Part shown: positions 26,058 through 35,303 of the stretch, piece by piece
Layout of the letters: every line of letters starts with the position of its first letter
Position numbering within the stretch: position 1 is the first letter of the stretch
Source: an uncultured Mageeibacillus sp.
Lineage (GTDB): Bacteria > Bacillota > Clostridia > Saccharofermentanales > DTU023
DNA: 41,257 nucleotides
Assembly: GCA_964493375.1 (NCBI GenBank)
Contig: CAZBOM010000001.1
Location: forward strand, 1-41,257
Direction of reading: 5' to 3'
Translations under genes and position numbers: made by a program
The notes under the pieces: model-generated
What the model was told of the DNA's origin: nothing
Database searches by the model: none
What the model saw: only the letters and a program-made list of their open reading frames with translations

Positions 26058-26882
26058 TTACTCTTCAAATGAACTGACTCGAATGACAAAGATCTGTCGC
26101 GCGTTATCAAAATAAGGTATCGAGAAGTCGATATTTTCTTTGCGTTCTTCCTTGACCGTTAATCCGGCGGCGATGACATCAATCCTGCCCGAATCGACCG
26201 CTCCGATGAGTGAGTCAAAGTTCATCTCTTCGATGACGAGTTCCATCTCCAAGTGTTTGGCCAAGTACGCGCAAATTTCTACATCGACACCCACAATGCC
26301 GTCGCTCACCTTCATCTCATAAGGCGGAAAACCGGCTTCCGTTCCCATCACGAGCTTGCCGTTTTTAGCCCCCTTGTTCATGTCGATATCAGCGGCTTTG
26401 AAGTCATCGCCTTCAGAGTATTTCGCGACAATATCATCTAACACCCCGTCCTTTTTCATCGCTTCAATCAAGGGGTTGATTTTCTCTAAAAGAGCGGCAT
26501 TGCCCTTTTTGATTCCGAGTGCATAAGCCTCCGTTTCATAATCTCCGGGCAAAATCATCAGCTCGCTGTTCTTCTCGATGAATCGCTTCGCAGGTCCTTC
26601 ATCCATTAGCGTCGCATCCACTTTCTTTTGTTTCAACGCCAGGATTGCATCGGCGTATTTTTCATAACTGTGAACTTGTTTCTCGTTCCCTTCACCGACA
26701 AGATCGAGTGCGAGATATTCGCCCTCCGTTCCTTTTTGGACTGAAATATTCAGTGTCTTGATATCATCAGCCGTTTTAATCTTGACCTTCTCATGATCAT
26801 CTTTCTTTGAACAGGCAACCGCGCCTAGGCAAAGAACCAGAATAATCAAGAGAGCGAGACTAATTGATAATGTGCGTTTCAT
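26058..26882 (-). CDS. Amino-acid ABC transporter substrate-binding lipoprotein
   Basis: The likely start is the ATG at 26882 (GGGGGGA SD); the track ORF extends to 26924. The lipobox is LCLGAVAC, and the sequence looks like a family-3 SBP (GFPPYE..., DVIAAGLT). Confidence 0.8.
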   Translation of the reverse strand: MKRTLSISLALLIILVLCLGAVACSKKDDHEKVKIKTADDIKTLNISVQKGTEGEYLALDLVGEGNEKQVHSYEKYADAILALKQKKVDATLMDEGPAKRFIEKNSELMILPGDYETEAYALGIKKGNAALLEKINPLIEAMKKDGVLDDIVAKYSEGDDFKAADIDMNKGAKNGKLVMGTEAGFPPYEMKVSDGIVGVDVEICAYLAKHLEMELVIEEMNFDSLIGAVDSGRIDVIAAGLTVKEERKENIDFSIPYFDNARQIFVIRVSSFEE

Positions 26883-27256
26883 CGCTCGTCCCCCCGTACT
26901 TTTTATTGCATGACAGTCTATCACATAATTATTCTAAATATTAAATAAAGATAGAATTAGATTTTCATGTTAAGTTGTGCAAATGACCTACACAAAGGGA
27001 TTTTAGATAACCATGAACAAGAGCATAGATATGCAATAATATACAAATGGGTGGTCTTGTCCGATCCGTTGATCGTTTGCCATTGTTTTTAACACTAATT
27101 ACGACCCATGCCATGTTTTAATAAACGACATTCACTGAATAATAAGAGCTATGTTTCAAACGTGAGACTTTGTTTCATTTTTGAAGAAAAATAAAAAACA
27201 AAAAAACAGGCATCTCAAAAGAGAGGCCCTCTTTTTTCGTATAAAGAAGTCGTTAA

Positions 27257-27284
27257 ACGGAAAAGCGAGTACCGAGGTACCCGC
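27257..27284 (-). terminator. Candidate terminator after the M42 peptidase gene
   Basis: The minus-strand RNA reads gcgggtac-cucg-guacucgc (one mismatch) followed by UUUUCCGUUU. Confidence 0.45.
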
Positions 27285-27362
27285 TCATCCAGCAAACTGT
27301 TTTTTGAAAAAGTTCTCTCTGTTCTACGACGTTCTTATAAAACGATCGCAACGAAAGTTTTA

Positions 27363-28463
27363 TTAATACGTCAAATTGTTCAGCGTCGTCTCGTCAAAAG
27401 CGCGGAGCAGTTCTGTCGCGAGTGCGGCCGCGGCTTCAACATCACAGAGTTTCGCCCAACCGTAGTGCGTGTGAATATATCGGACGGGAACGCCTATCAC
27501 GATCGTCGGAATGCCGGCGCCTTCCGTATGGATCAAGCCGCCATTCGTTCCTCCGCCACTTCGAACACCTTCTTGTACGGGAATGTCGTGTTTACGCGCT
27601 GTCTCGAGCGCGAGCTTTTGGAAGCCCGGATGGGTGACCATCGATCGGTCGATATGGCGTAGCATGGGACCTTTTCCGAGAGATGTCTGTCTCTGATCGG
27701 CCGGTGCGAAATAATCATCAGCCGGAGTCCCCTCGAAGACAATCGCGAGGTCGGCTTCCACTTGGCGAGCCGTCACGACGGCTCCTCGGCCACCGATCTC
27801 TTCTTGCGTCGAATAAGCGGCCACGACATCACATGACAATTCATCGCCTGCAAGTTTTTTCAGCGTCTCTGTCATCGCAGCACACCCGATTCGGCAATCA
27901 AACGCTTTGCCGAGCAGCAGATCGTGTTTCTCATCATAGGAGAAATCGACATCAGGCACGACAGGCGCTGCCACGTAAATACCAAAATCCTCTTCCGCTT
28001 CACGACCGTTACTCGCGCCGATATCCAATTCGATTTGCTCGATTGTCACGCCTTGTTGTCTCTCGGCATCGGAGAGATAATGCGGAGGTTTGCTCGCGGC
28101 GATCGCCTTAACCCATTGCCCGTCGCGCGTTCTGACACGGAACATATGAGCAGGAACATTGGCGGCAACCCAACTTCCAAGCGCTTGAATCCGCAACATT
28201 CCGTTATCGCGAATAGAATGAACGATCAATCCCACTTCATCGAGGTGCGCGTCGAGTTGCACGCGCAGGCGATCACCTGTATTCCCTTCTCTGTGCACAT
28301 ACACATTCTGCATACAGTCAACAGCTACTTCACCGTAAGAGCCGGCAAGTTCAACAGTTAAATCCGCCACCTCATGCTCAAAACCGGAAGGCCCATTGGC
28401 CTCCGAAAACTGTCGAATTAACCCGACCAATTCAGCTTTTTTAACCTCGTTGTATGAATCCAC
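27363..28463 (-). CDS. M42 family metallopeptidase (glutamyl aminopeptidase / CelM-like)
   Basis: 366 aa, with SGFEHEV, LDAHLDEVG, STQEEIGGRGA and HT..G motifs typical of M42. The GTG start has an AAGAGG SD. Confidence 0.85.
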   Translation of the reverse strand: MDSYNEVKKAELVGLIRQFSEANGPSGFEHEVADLTVELAGSYGEVAVDCMQNVYVHREGNTGDRLRVQLDAHLDEVGLIVHSIRDNGMLRIQALGSWVAANVPAHMFRVRTRDGQWVKAIAASKPPHYLSDAERQQGVTIEQIELDIGASNGREAEEDFGIYVAAPVVPDVDFSYDEKHDLLLGKAFDCRIGCAAMTETLKKLAGDELSCDVVAAYSTQEEIGGRGAVVTARQVEADLAIVFEGTPADDYFAPADQRQTSLGKGPMLRHIDRSMVTHPGFQKLALETARKHDIPVQEGVRSGGGTNGGLIHTEGAGIPTIVIGVPVRYIHTHYGWAKLCDVEAAAALATELLRAFDETTLNNLTY

Positions 28464-28815
28464 TTTCTGCCTCTTTCTTATTCCAACTCTTTTTGCCAGC
28501 CATAAAATTGATCATTCATTCCATCACTGGCGTCATTTCTTTTTTAACACCATCTATTATAGCCTTCAACTCGAATAAAGAAAGACGGAGCCATAGCGGT
28601 CAAAAAACGACGCTTCAAGCCGAGAAGCCGGCGGTATAGATAAGATGTTCATTCGCAGACATCAAAGACGGCAAAAAACCATTGAACGCCACCGTTACCA
28701 TTCATTTACTAAATTGACCATAATGATTAATGTTGTATTATAACCAAAGACTCAAACCATATAATGAGCGGTGAACATACTTAATTTTGCCGAATAAAGA
28801 GGAGTATTTTCGACG

Positions 28816-30840
28816 ATGATTCAGTATCCCAAAGTAAGGAAAAGCGCGGTTCAAGATCTAATATTTGGAAAAATGATTGATGACCCATATCGCTGGTTGG
28901 AAGATGACAGAAGCCTTGAAACAGCGCAATTTGTCAATGAGCAGAATGCCGTGACGCAAGCGTACTTGGAACAAATTCCTGATCGAGATAAGATCAGAAA
29001 ACGGCTGGCCGACCTCTATAATTATGAGAAATACGCTCTCTTTCATGTTCACCGCGAACGCATCTTTTATAACTACAATACGGGCCTTCAAAATCAACCT
29101 GCTTGGTTCACACAAAAAGGGCTTGATTCTAAAGCGGAGCTTCTCTTAGACCCCAACACATTGTCAAGGGAGGGAACGACTGCAGTCACCTTCCTGACAG
29201 CTTCGAAAGACGGGAGATTCTTGCCGTACCTTCTGTCTGAAGCAGGTTCCGACTGGCAAACCTTGAAAATTATCGACCTAGAAAATAATAAGACACTTGA
29301 AGACGAGCTTCATCATGTTAAATTCACTGAGACAGCTTGGGAAGGAAATGGTTTCTATTATTCACGTTATGACGCTCCTCAGGCCGGAAGCGAACTTTCG
29401 GGTAAAAACGAAAACATGAAAATTTGTTTTCATGTTGTGGGTACTTTGCAAGAAGAGGACGCATTGGTTTATGAAGATCCCGCGAATCCTACGAGATATT
29501 TCCGCCTAAGCACGACAAAGGATGAGAAGCACCGACTGATTCATGTTTCTGAAGGAACTGATGGAACTGAAATACTAATCTTTGATCACGAAGCGGATGG
29601 CTTTGTTAAACTTTTTTCAGGACTTGATGCGAACCGTCAATTTGTCGGCCAATTCAATCATCAACTGTTGTTTTTGACTGATGAGAATACACCCAACCAA
29701 AAAATTGTGACATGGAATCCCGATACGAAAGAGCTGAAAGATCTCATCCCAGAAGAATCTATCGCGTTGAAGAATGCCGTTCTAGTCGGTGAAAATTTAA
29801 TTTTAGAGTATCTGGAAGATGTCGCGTCCAAAGTCATCGTCTTTAATATCAGTACGGGGGAGAAAAAGGAAATAGCATTGCCGGGGCTTGGCAGTGTTTT
29901 ACAGATAAGTGGTTCAGAGGAGCTGGGTGGATTTCTCTATAGCTTTGGTTCCTTGTTGGCTCCCATCAGTCTCTATTTCTATGATTTTGCGAATGGCGTT
30001 TCAAATGTTTTTAAGCAATCAAAACTGGCCTTTGACGCATCGGATTTCATCACGGAACGGCACTTCGTGGAGGCTTCCGACGGATCGATGATTCCCCTTT
30101 TTCTAACTTATAAAAAAGGACTCCGCAAGGATGCTTTGAACCCGACGTTACTCTTCGCATATGGTGGATTTAGTATTTCTTTGCCACTAAGCTTCAATCC
30201 ATCGCATGCCTACTTGATAGAACAGGGCGGTATCTATGCCCAAGCGAATATCCGAGGGGGCGCAGAGTATGGTGATGCGTGGCATAAAGCAGGTATGCTA
30301 CTCAACAAACAAAGAGTTTTTGATGATTTCCGTGAATGCGCAGAATACTTAATTGAACATCAATTCTGTTCTCGCGAGACGTTGGCCATCGAGGGGCGCT
30401 CAAACGGAGGCTTGCTCATGGGTGCTGTCATGAACCAACATCCCGAGCTTTACCGTGTCGTTTTTCCCACTGTCGGCGTCATGGACATGTTGCGGTACCA
30501 TCTTTTCACGATCGGATGGGGTTGGATTCCGGAGTACGGAAACCCCGATGAAGAGATACATTTCAACAATATTTTGCGTTACTCCCCACTTCACAATATT
30601 GAGGAAAAAAAATATCCCAGCGTCATGATTATGACGGCCGATCACGACGATCGTGTGGTACCGGCTCATTCTTTTAAATACGGAGCGACCCTTCAGGAAA
30701 AGAATCAATCGAAGCACCCCATTTTGTTGCGTATCGACAAGCAGGCAGGACACGGTTTGGGGAAATCTTTGGAAAAAGTGATTGCAGAGCAAGCAGACAA
30801 GCTGGCCTTTATGTTTCATGAGATGGAGATGGCGACTTGA
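28816..30840 (+). CDS. Prolyl oligopeptidase (S9A family serine endopeptidase)
   Basis: 674 aa, with N-terminal DDPYRWLED, a propeller region, the nucleophile motif GRSNGGLL, and D/H in ADHDDRV...GHG. Confidence 0.9.
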   Translation: MIQYPKVRKSAVQDLIFGKMIDDPYRWLEDDRSLETAQFVNEQNAVTQAYLEQIPDRDKIRKRLADLYNYEKYALFHVHRERIFYNYNTGLQNQPAWFTQKGLDSKAELLLDPNTLSREGTTAVTFLTASKDGRFLPYLLSEAGSDWQTLKIIDLENNKTLEDELHHVKFTETAWEGNGFYYSRYDAPQAGSELSGKNENMKICFHVVGTLQEEDALVYEDPANPTRYFRLSTTKDEKHRLIHVSEGTDGTEILIFDHEADGFVKLFSGLDANRQFVGQFNHQLLFLTDENTPNQKIVTWNPDTKELKDLIPEESIALKNAVLVGENLILEYLEDVASKVIVFNISTGEKKEIALPGLGSVLQISGSEELGGFLYSFGSLLAPISLYFYDFANGVSNVFKQSKLAFDASDFITERHFVEASDGSMIPLFLTYKKGLRKDALNPTLLFAYGGFSISLPLSFNPSHAYLIEQGGIYAQANIRGGAEYGDAWHKAGMLLNKQRVFDDFRECAEYLIEHQFCSRETLAIEGRSNGGLLMGAVMNQHPELYRVVFPTVGVMDMLRYHLFTIGWGWIPEYGNPDEEIHFNNILRYSPLHNIEEKKYPSVMIMTADHDDRVVPAHSFKYGATLQEKNQSKHPILLRIDKQAGHGLGKSLEKVIAEQADKLAFMFHEMEMAT

Positions 30841-30978
30841 CTTTTACAGTCTTGTCGCCATCTCTCCACCGCTTAATCTTTAGCTTCGTCCTTTTATTAC
30901 ATTCCGTTTAAATACGGCAAAATAAGCGATACACCAGAGCAACCGTCACTTATGGCATATGCTCTAGTGACCTCTAAG

Positions 30979-31006
30979 CCTTGTATATCAGTAGTTACAA
31001 GGTTTT
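30979..31006 (+). terminator. Candidate terminator after the prolyl oligopeptidase gene
   Basis: 7-bp stem ccttgta / tacaagg, 10-nt loop, then TTTT. Confidence 0.45.
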
Positions 31007-31415
31007 CAACAGCCAAATATCCTAAGTTCTGTCAAGTTTTGAGTTTGTGCATTATCGCAATACTCTAGAAGATTTAATATTATTTTATGTATAGTTGCAC
31101 GTAATCGTCTCGTTATAACTGTCTATGACGTTGAAGATCTGCCAAGAAATTATGGGACATTTTGACGTTTGAAGCCTTCATTGCGTTGCTTCATACTATG
31201 ATTTGTTCAGTAATTTCCCCGACTTGTGCCAATCAAATGATTCTTTTTTGTCTCTTTTGTTTGCGCTTGAAGGGAAATAAACCGCCGATGCTAGTGTGAC
31301 ATGCGTTAGTAAAATGCAACACGAAGCACGGACAAGAAAAATGGTTCAACAACAAAATAGCATAGATGTTGCCATGTTTGTTGAGTAAGAACCAACACGA
31401 AAAAAGGAAGAACAA

Positions 31416-32663
31416 ATGAAACATACAATGCAAAGAATCGCCTGCATGACCGCGAGTGCCTTGATGGCAGTCGTCATGCTGGCTGTGCCCATTTCAACAG
31501 CTGTGATAAGCGGGCATGAGATTGTTTCGACGCAAAAAACACCGTCGTCGGAGCCGAGTGATGAGGAGCCTCCCATACGATACAACGAGGATGAAAAAGT
31601 TTTTATTCTCGACGAAACCGGTATTAACCGCCATCTGCTCTCGATTGATCACTCAAATGAGAACGTAAATGAAAATCAAGAAAAACCGTTAAAAACTGGA
31701 TTGTCGGGACATTCAATCTCCCCACAATCGAATCCATCAAACTCTCGCGACACCATCATTGTCAATCTGGATAACGCTGACTCAAATGCCCCGGATACAG
31801 ACCTCGAAACTTTTTCTGCCGATCGCAAACTTAATGCCAATCTCGAAAAAAAGAATGAAGAAATCATTGATGAATTCGAGCGTATTGCAGCTGAGCAAAA
31901 AGAAGCTGAAAGAGAAGAACAACTGAAGAAGGAAGCGGCTCGCAAAGCGGCACTAAAAAAAGAAGCCGAAGCAAAAGAGGCAAAGCGTCAAGCGGCGTTA
32001 AAGAAAGAAGCTGAAGCGAAGGAAGCGAAGCGTCAAGCAGCGTTAAAGAAAGAAGCTGAGCGTCAAGCGGCGTTAAAGAAAGAAGCTGAAGCAAAAGAAG
32101 CTGAGCGTCAAGCGGCATTAAATAATGAAGCGTCACGCGTAGAGGCATCGAATAACGCTGATCGCGTCGCTGATCATGCTACAAATGAGCAACCGCCTGC
32201 CACAGAGCAACCTACGCCTATCGTAGCGCCAACCGAACCGGCAGCGCCACCAAAATCGAATGGCAAGTTTCTCATAAAGATAAAGTATCCTGATAAGAAC
32301 TATGTCGGTAAACCGCTCAAAGTTAAGGATCGAAAATATCTGGAGGGATTAGTCATGGGAGAGTATGGCAACGATTATCTCGGAGCCGTTCTCGTCGCGC
32401 AATGTATCCGCGACTCCATGGTTAAGTCCGGAACGAATAGCGCCGCTGTTATTAAGCGCAAGTATGGCTATACAGCGCGCGTCCACTCAAAAGTGACCGA
32501 CCATGTCAAACGCGCCGTTGCTTTTGTATTTGACGAAGGCGGTAGTGCCGTGCAACATCCCATCTATTATTTCTACGCAAGTAACTACGTCAGAGGGCGT
32601 TGGCACGAAACACAGAAATTTATCGTACAAAGAAAAGCAGTCCGTTTCTTCAGCACACGATAG
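31416..32663 (+). CDS. Secreted protein with a charged K/E/A tandem-repeat region and a C-terminal SleB/CwlJ-like (cell-wall hydrolase) domain
   Basis: 415 aa. It has a signal peptide (MKHTMQRIACMTASALMAVVMLAVPISTAV), KKEAEAKEAKRQAAL repeats and a P-rich linker. The C-terminal LEGLVMGEYGNDYLGAVLVAQCIRD...YYFYAS resembles the Hydrolase_2 family; this assignment is from memory and is moderate. Confidence 0.55.
   Translation: MKHTMQRIACMTASALMAVVMLAVPISTAVISGHEIVSTQKTPSSEPSDEEPPIRYNEDEKVFILDETGINRHLLSIDHSNENVNENQEKPLKTGLSGHSISPQSNPSNSRDTIIVNLDNADSNAPDTDLETFSADRKLNANLEKKNEEIIDEFERIAAEQKEAEREEQLKKEAARKAALKKEAEAKEAKRQAALKKEAEAKEAKRQAALKKEAERQAALKKEAEAKEAERQAALNNEASRVEASNNADRVADHATNEQPPATEQPTPIVAPTEPAAPPKSNGKFLIKIKYPDKNYVGKPLKVKDRKYLEGLVMGEYGNDYLGAVLVAQCIRDSMVKSGTNSAAVIKRKYGYTARVHSKVTDHVKRAVAFVFDEGGSAVQHPIYYFYASNYVRGRWHETQKFIVQRKAVRFFSTR
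31947..32132 (+). repeat. In-frame imperfect tandem repeat, 45-nt unit (units at 31947, 31992 and 32067; a 30-nt short unit at 32037; a partial unit at 32112)
   Basis: Read directly: gcggcRttaaaRaaagaagcYgaagcRaaRgaRgcRaagcgtcaa repeated, encoding AALKKEAEAKEAKRQ. Confidence 0.85.
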
Positions 32664-32720
32664 ATAAAAAGTGCTAGATTGATGACTGTTTAATCTAGGC
32701 TCGTTAAAAAAAAGCATAAA

Positions 32721-32760
32721 AAGCCCCTGAGTGCTTCGATGGCTCTCAGGGGCTTTTTTT
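32721..32760. terminator. Strong bidirectional terminator between convergent genes
   Basis: Stem agcccctgag (32722-32731) / ctcaggggct (32745-32754), with an A-run upstream and T7 downstream. It sits between the stops at 32663 (+) and 32836 (-). Confidence 0.8.
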
Positions 32761-32835
32761 ATTTTTATGTAAGGCTTATTCGCCTACGGCGAACTTATGC
32801 TCTGTATTTGCTCATATCGCCTTGCTTAGAAGACT

Positions 32836-34371
32836 TTATGATGCCGGTTGTTCCTCATCGCCATTCTCGATACCTGCCATCAAGAGGCCGAGTCCGCTTC
32901 TTGTACAATCGCACTGATCGAGGCAAGCGAGGATTCTACCACTGTAGATGACGAGCATGCGGTCAGGGATCTCAAGAATTTCGTCGAGCTCTGTTGACAC
33001 CATGAGGACGGCGACACCTTTATCACGCGCTTCAACAATCTGCGACTGGATGTACTTTGTCGCGCCGATATCAAGACCGCGAGAGGGGTGAACGGCGATC
33101 AGCAATTTCACATCGCGAGAGAGCTCACGCCCAACGACAAGTTTTTGTTGGTTACCGCCGGAGAGGTTGATCGCCTTCTCCATAATGCTCGGAGTTTTAA
33201 CTGAGAATTTCTCGACGAGCTCACGACTGTGTTTATCGATCCATTTCCAGTGCATGAAGCCTCTTGTCGAATAAGGTTCTTGGTGACTATCGACCATCGC
33301 AATATTCTCGCGAAGGTTCATCTGCCCCACCATTCCCATCTTCTGGCGATCTTCAGGGATATGGCCGATACCCTCTCGGAGTACCTCCTTGGGCGAGAAT
33401 CCTGTGATATCCTTGCCGTTCAGCTCAATCTTGCCGGATGTTGTCGGAAGCAAACCTGCGATACACTTAACAAGCTCCGACTGTCCGTTGCCATCAACAC
33501 CGCAAATGCCGACAATCTCACCGGCTCTGACTTCGAAGTTAACATCCTTCAGAATATGAATCCCTTTATCATTTGTATAATTGAGATTCTCCAGGTTAAG
33601 AATCACTTCACCCGGCTCCGACATTTCTTTTGCCGTCACGAGTTCAACGTCACGTCCCACCATCAGGTGAGCCAGTTCATTGAGGTCTTTGATCTTCGAA
33701 ATCTCAAGACCTGACGCCGCCACTTTGCCGCGACGGAGAATCGTGCATCGATCGCAGATCGCTCTGATTTCCGGAAGCTTATGGCTGATAAAGATAACTG
33801 TCTTACCTTCCGCGATGAGCTGACGAATGACATCGAAGAGCCCTTCAACCTCTTGAGGCGTCAAGACAGCCGTCGGTTCGTCAAGAATCAGTGTGTCGAC
33901 GTTTCGATAGAGCGCTTTTAGAATTTCCAAACGCTGTTGTTGTCCGACAGACATATTACTGACGAGCTCCCACGGGTCAATGTTCATGTGGTAGCGCTCA
34001 GCCATTTCAGTAAATTCTTTCGCCGCCTTTTTCAGGTCAAGCACCGACTTGTTGCCCTCGTATCCAAGCACAACATTCTCAATAGCGCTGTGCGCCGGAA
34101 TAAGCATGAAGTGTTGGTGCACCATGCCGATACCGAGGTTAATCGCGTCGCGAGGTGAGCGAATATTGACCGTCTCGCCGCGATACAAAATCTCGCCTGA
34201 TGTCTGCTCGTAAAGACCGAACATGATATTCATCAACGTGGATTTGCCGGCGCCGTTCTCTCCCAAAAGAGCGTGAACTTCACCTTGCTCCACGGAGAAT
34301 GAGACATCATCATTCGCGACGACAGGTCCAAAACGTTTCGAAATATTTCTCATTTCAAGAATGGTTGCCAT
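32836..34371 (-). CDS. BMP-type (nucleoside/sugar) ABC transporter ATP-binding protein with duplicated ATPase domains
   Basis: The likely start is MATILEMRNISKRFG (ATG at 34371, AGGAGG SD); the track ORF extends to 34440. It has two ATPase halves (first Walker A GENGAGKST; in the second half GVDGNGQS occupies the Walker A position), LSVGQQQR/LSGGNQQK signatures and Walker B LILDEPT. Confidence 0.9.
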   Translation of the reverse strand: MATILEMRNISKRFGPVVANDDVSFSVEQGEVHALLGENGAGKSTLMNIMFGLYEQTSGEILYRGETVNIRSPRDAINLGIGMVHQHFMLIPAHSAIENVVLGYEGNKSVLDLKKAAKEFTEMAERYHMNIDPWELVSNMSVGQQQRLEILKALYRNVDTLILDEPTAVLTPQEVEGLFDVIRQLIAEGKTVIFISHKLPEIRAICDRCTILRRGKVAASGLEISKIKDLNELAHLMVGRDVELVTAKEMSEPGEVILNLENLNYTNDKGIHILKDVNFEVRAGEIVGICGVDGNGQSELVKCIAGLLPTTSGKIELNGKDITGFSPKEVLREGIGHIPEDRQKMGMVGQMNLRENIAMVDSHQEPYSTRGFMHWKWIDKHSRELVEKFSVKTPSIMEKAINLSGGNQQKLVVGRELSRDVKLLIAVHPSRGLDIGATKYIQSQIVEARDKGVAVLMVSTELDEILEIPDRMLVIYSGRILACLDQCDCTRSGLGLLMAGIENGDEEQPAS

Positions 34372-34381
34372 CTGTCGCCTC

Positions 34382-35299
34382 CTATTCTTTGATATACGGT
34401 TTGCCGCTACCGACAGGTTTATTCGATTTCCGGCTGACAATACAGAGTGAAATAATGGTGATCACATACGGAATCATCAACGGGAACTGCGAAGGAACAC
34501 TCGTCGCGAGCGCTTGCAAACGATACATCAGCGAGTTACTGGCACCAAACACGAGTGATGAAAGCATCACGCCACGCGGTGTGTAGTTACCGAAAACGAC
34601 GGCTGCCAAGGCGATGAATCCGCCTCCGGCAATCATGCCCTCTGTAAAGAAGCTGAGCATCGCCATCGAGACAAATGAACCGGCGATTCCGGCGAGCACA
34701 CCGCTGTAAAGAATCGACATAAAGCGAGTCAACGTCACGCGGATACCGACTGTATCACAAGCTTTTGGATTCTCGCCGACGGAACGAACCTTGAGGCCGA
34801 TGTTTGTCCGGAACATGATGAAATGGGCAATCGGCACAAAGAGAAAGGCCACGTAGACGAGTATCTGATGGTTGAAGAAAATCGGTCCTATCACCGGAAT
34901 TTGCGACAATCCTGGAATCGCAACAATATTGAATTTATCAATCTCCGGCGGGCTTGTGCTAGCGCCGAAAAGTGCTCTGTTAACGGTGATCGTTAAACCC
35001 GATGCCAACAAGTTCATACCGGTACCGATAACCGTTTGGTCGGCTTTGACAATGACGGTGAAGAAACCGAATATCGCCGCAAATAAAACCGTGACGAGAA
35101 CGGCGATCAGCATGCCGAGCCAGACACTGCCGGTGATATATGATCCGATAACTCCGGATAGCGCACCGATCAACATCATACCTTCTGTTCCGATATTGAC
35201 AATACCGGCGCGTTCACTGAAGACAATACCGAGCGCCGCAAGCAAGGTCGGCGTTGCCAAGCGAATGGTTGTCGCAAAGAAACTTACCACTTCATTCAT
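34382..35299 (-). CDS. BMP-type ABC transporter permease
   Basis: 305 aa, multi-TM, with a sequence style typical of the branched-chain/ribose-type permease family. Confidence 0.85.
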   Translation of the reverse strand: MNEVVSFFATTIRLATPTLLAALGIVFSERAGIVNIGTEGMMLIGALSGVIGSYITGSVWLGMLIAVLVTVLFAAIFGFFTVIVKADQTVIGTGMNLLASGLTITVNRALFGASTSPPEIDKFNIVAIPGLSQIPVIGPIFFNHQILVYVAFLFVPIAHFIMFRTNIGLKVRSVGENPKACDTVGIRVTLTRFMSILYSGVLAGIAGSFVSMAMLSFFTEGMIAGGGFIALAAVVFGNYTPRGVMLSSLVFGASNSLMYRLQALATSVPSQFPLMIPYVITIISLCIVSRKSNKPVGSGKPYIKE

Positions 35300-35303
35300 G
35301 GGA

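Noticed and set aside
30826-30864. 11-bp inverted repeat gagatggcgac / gtcgccatctc that straddles the prolyl oligopeptidase stop codon, considered as a terminator.
   Set aside because: The loop is 17 nt, there is no T-run after the stem, and one arm is coding sequence. The hairpin at 30979-31006 is the better terminator candidate.
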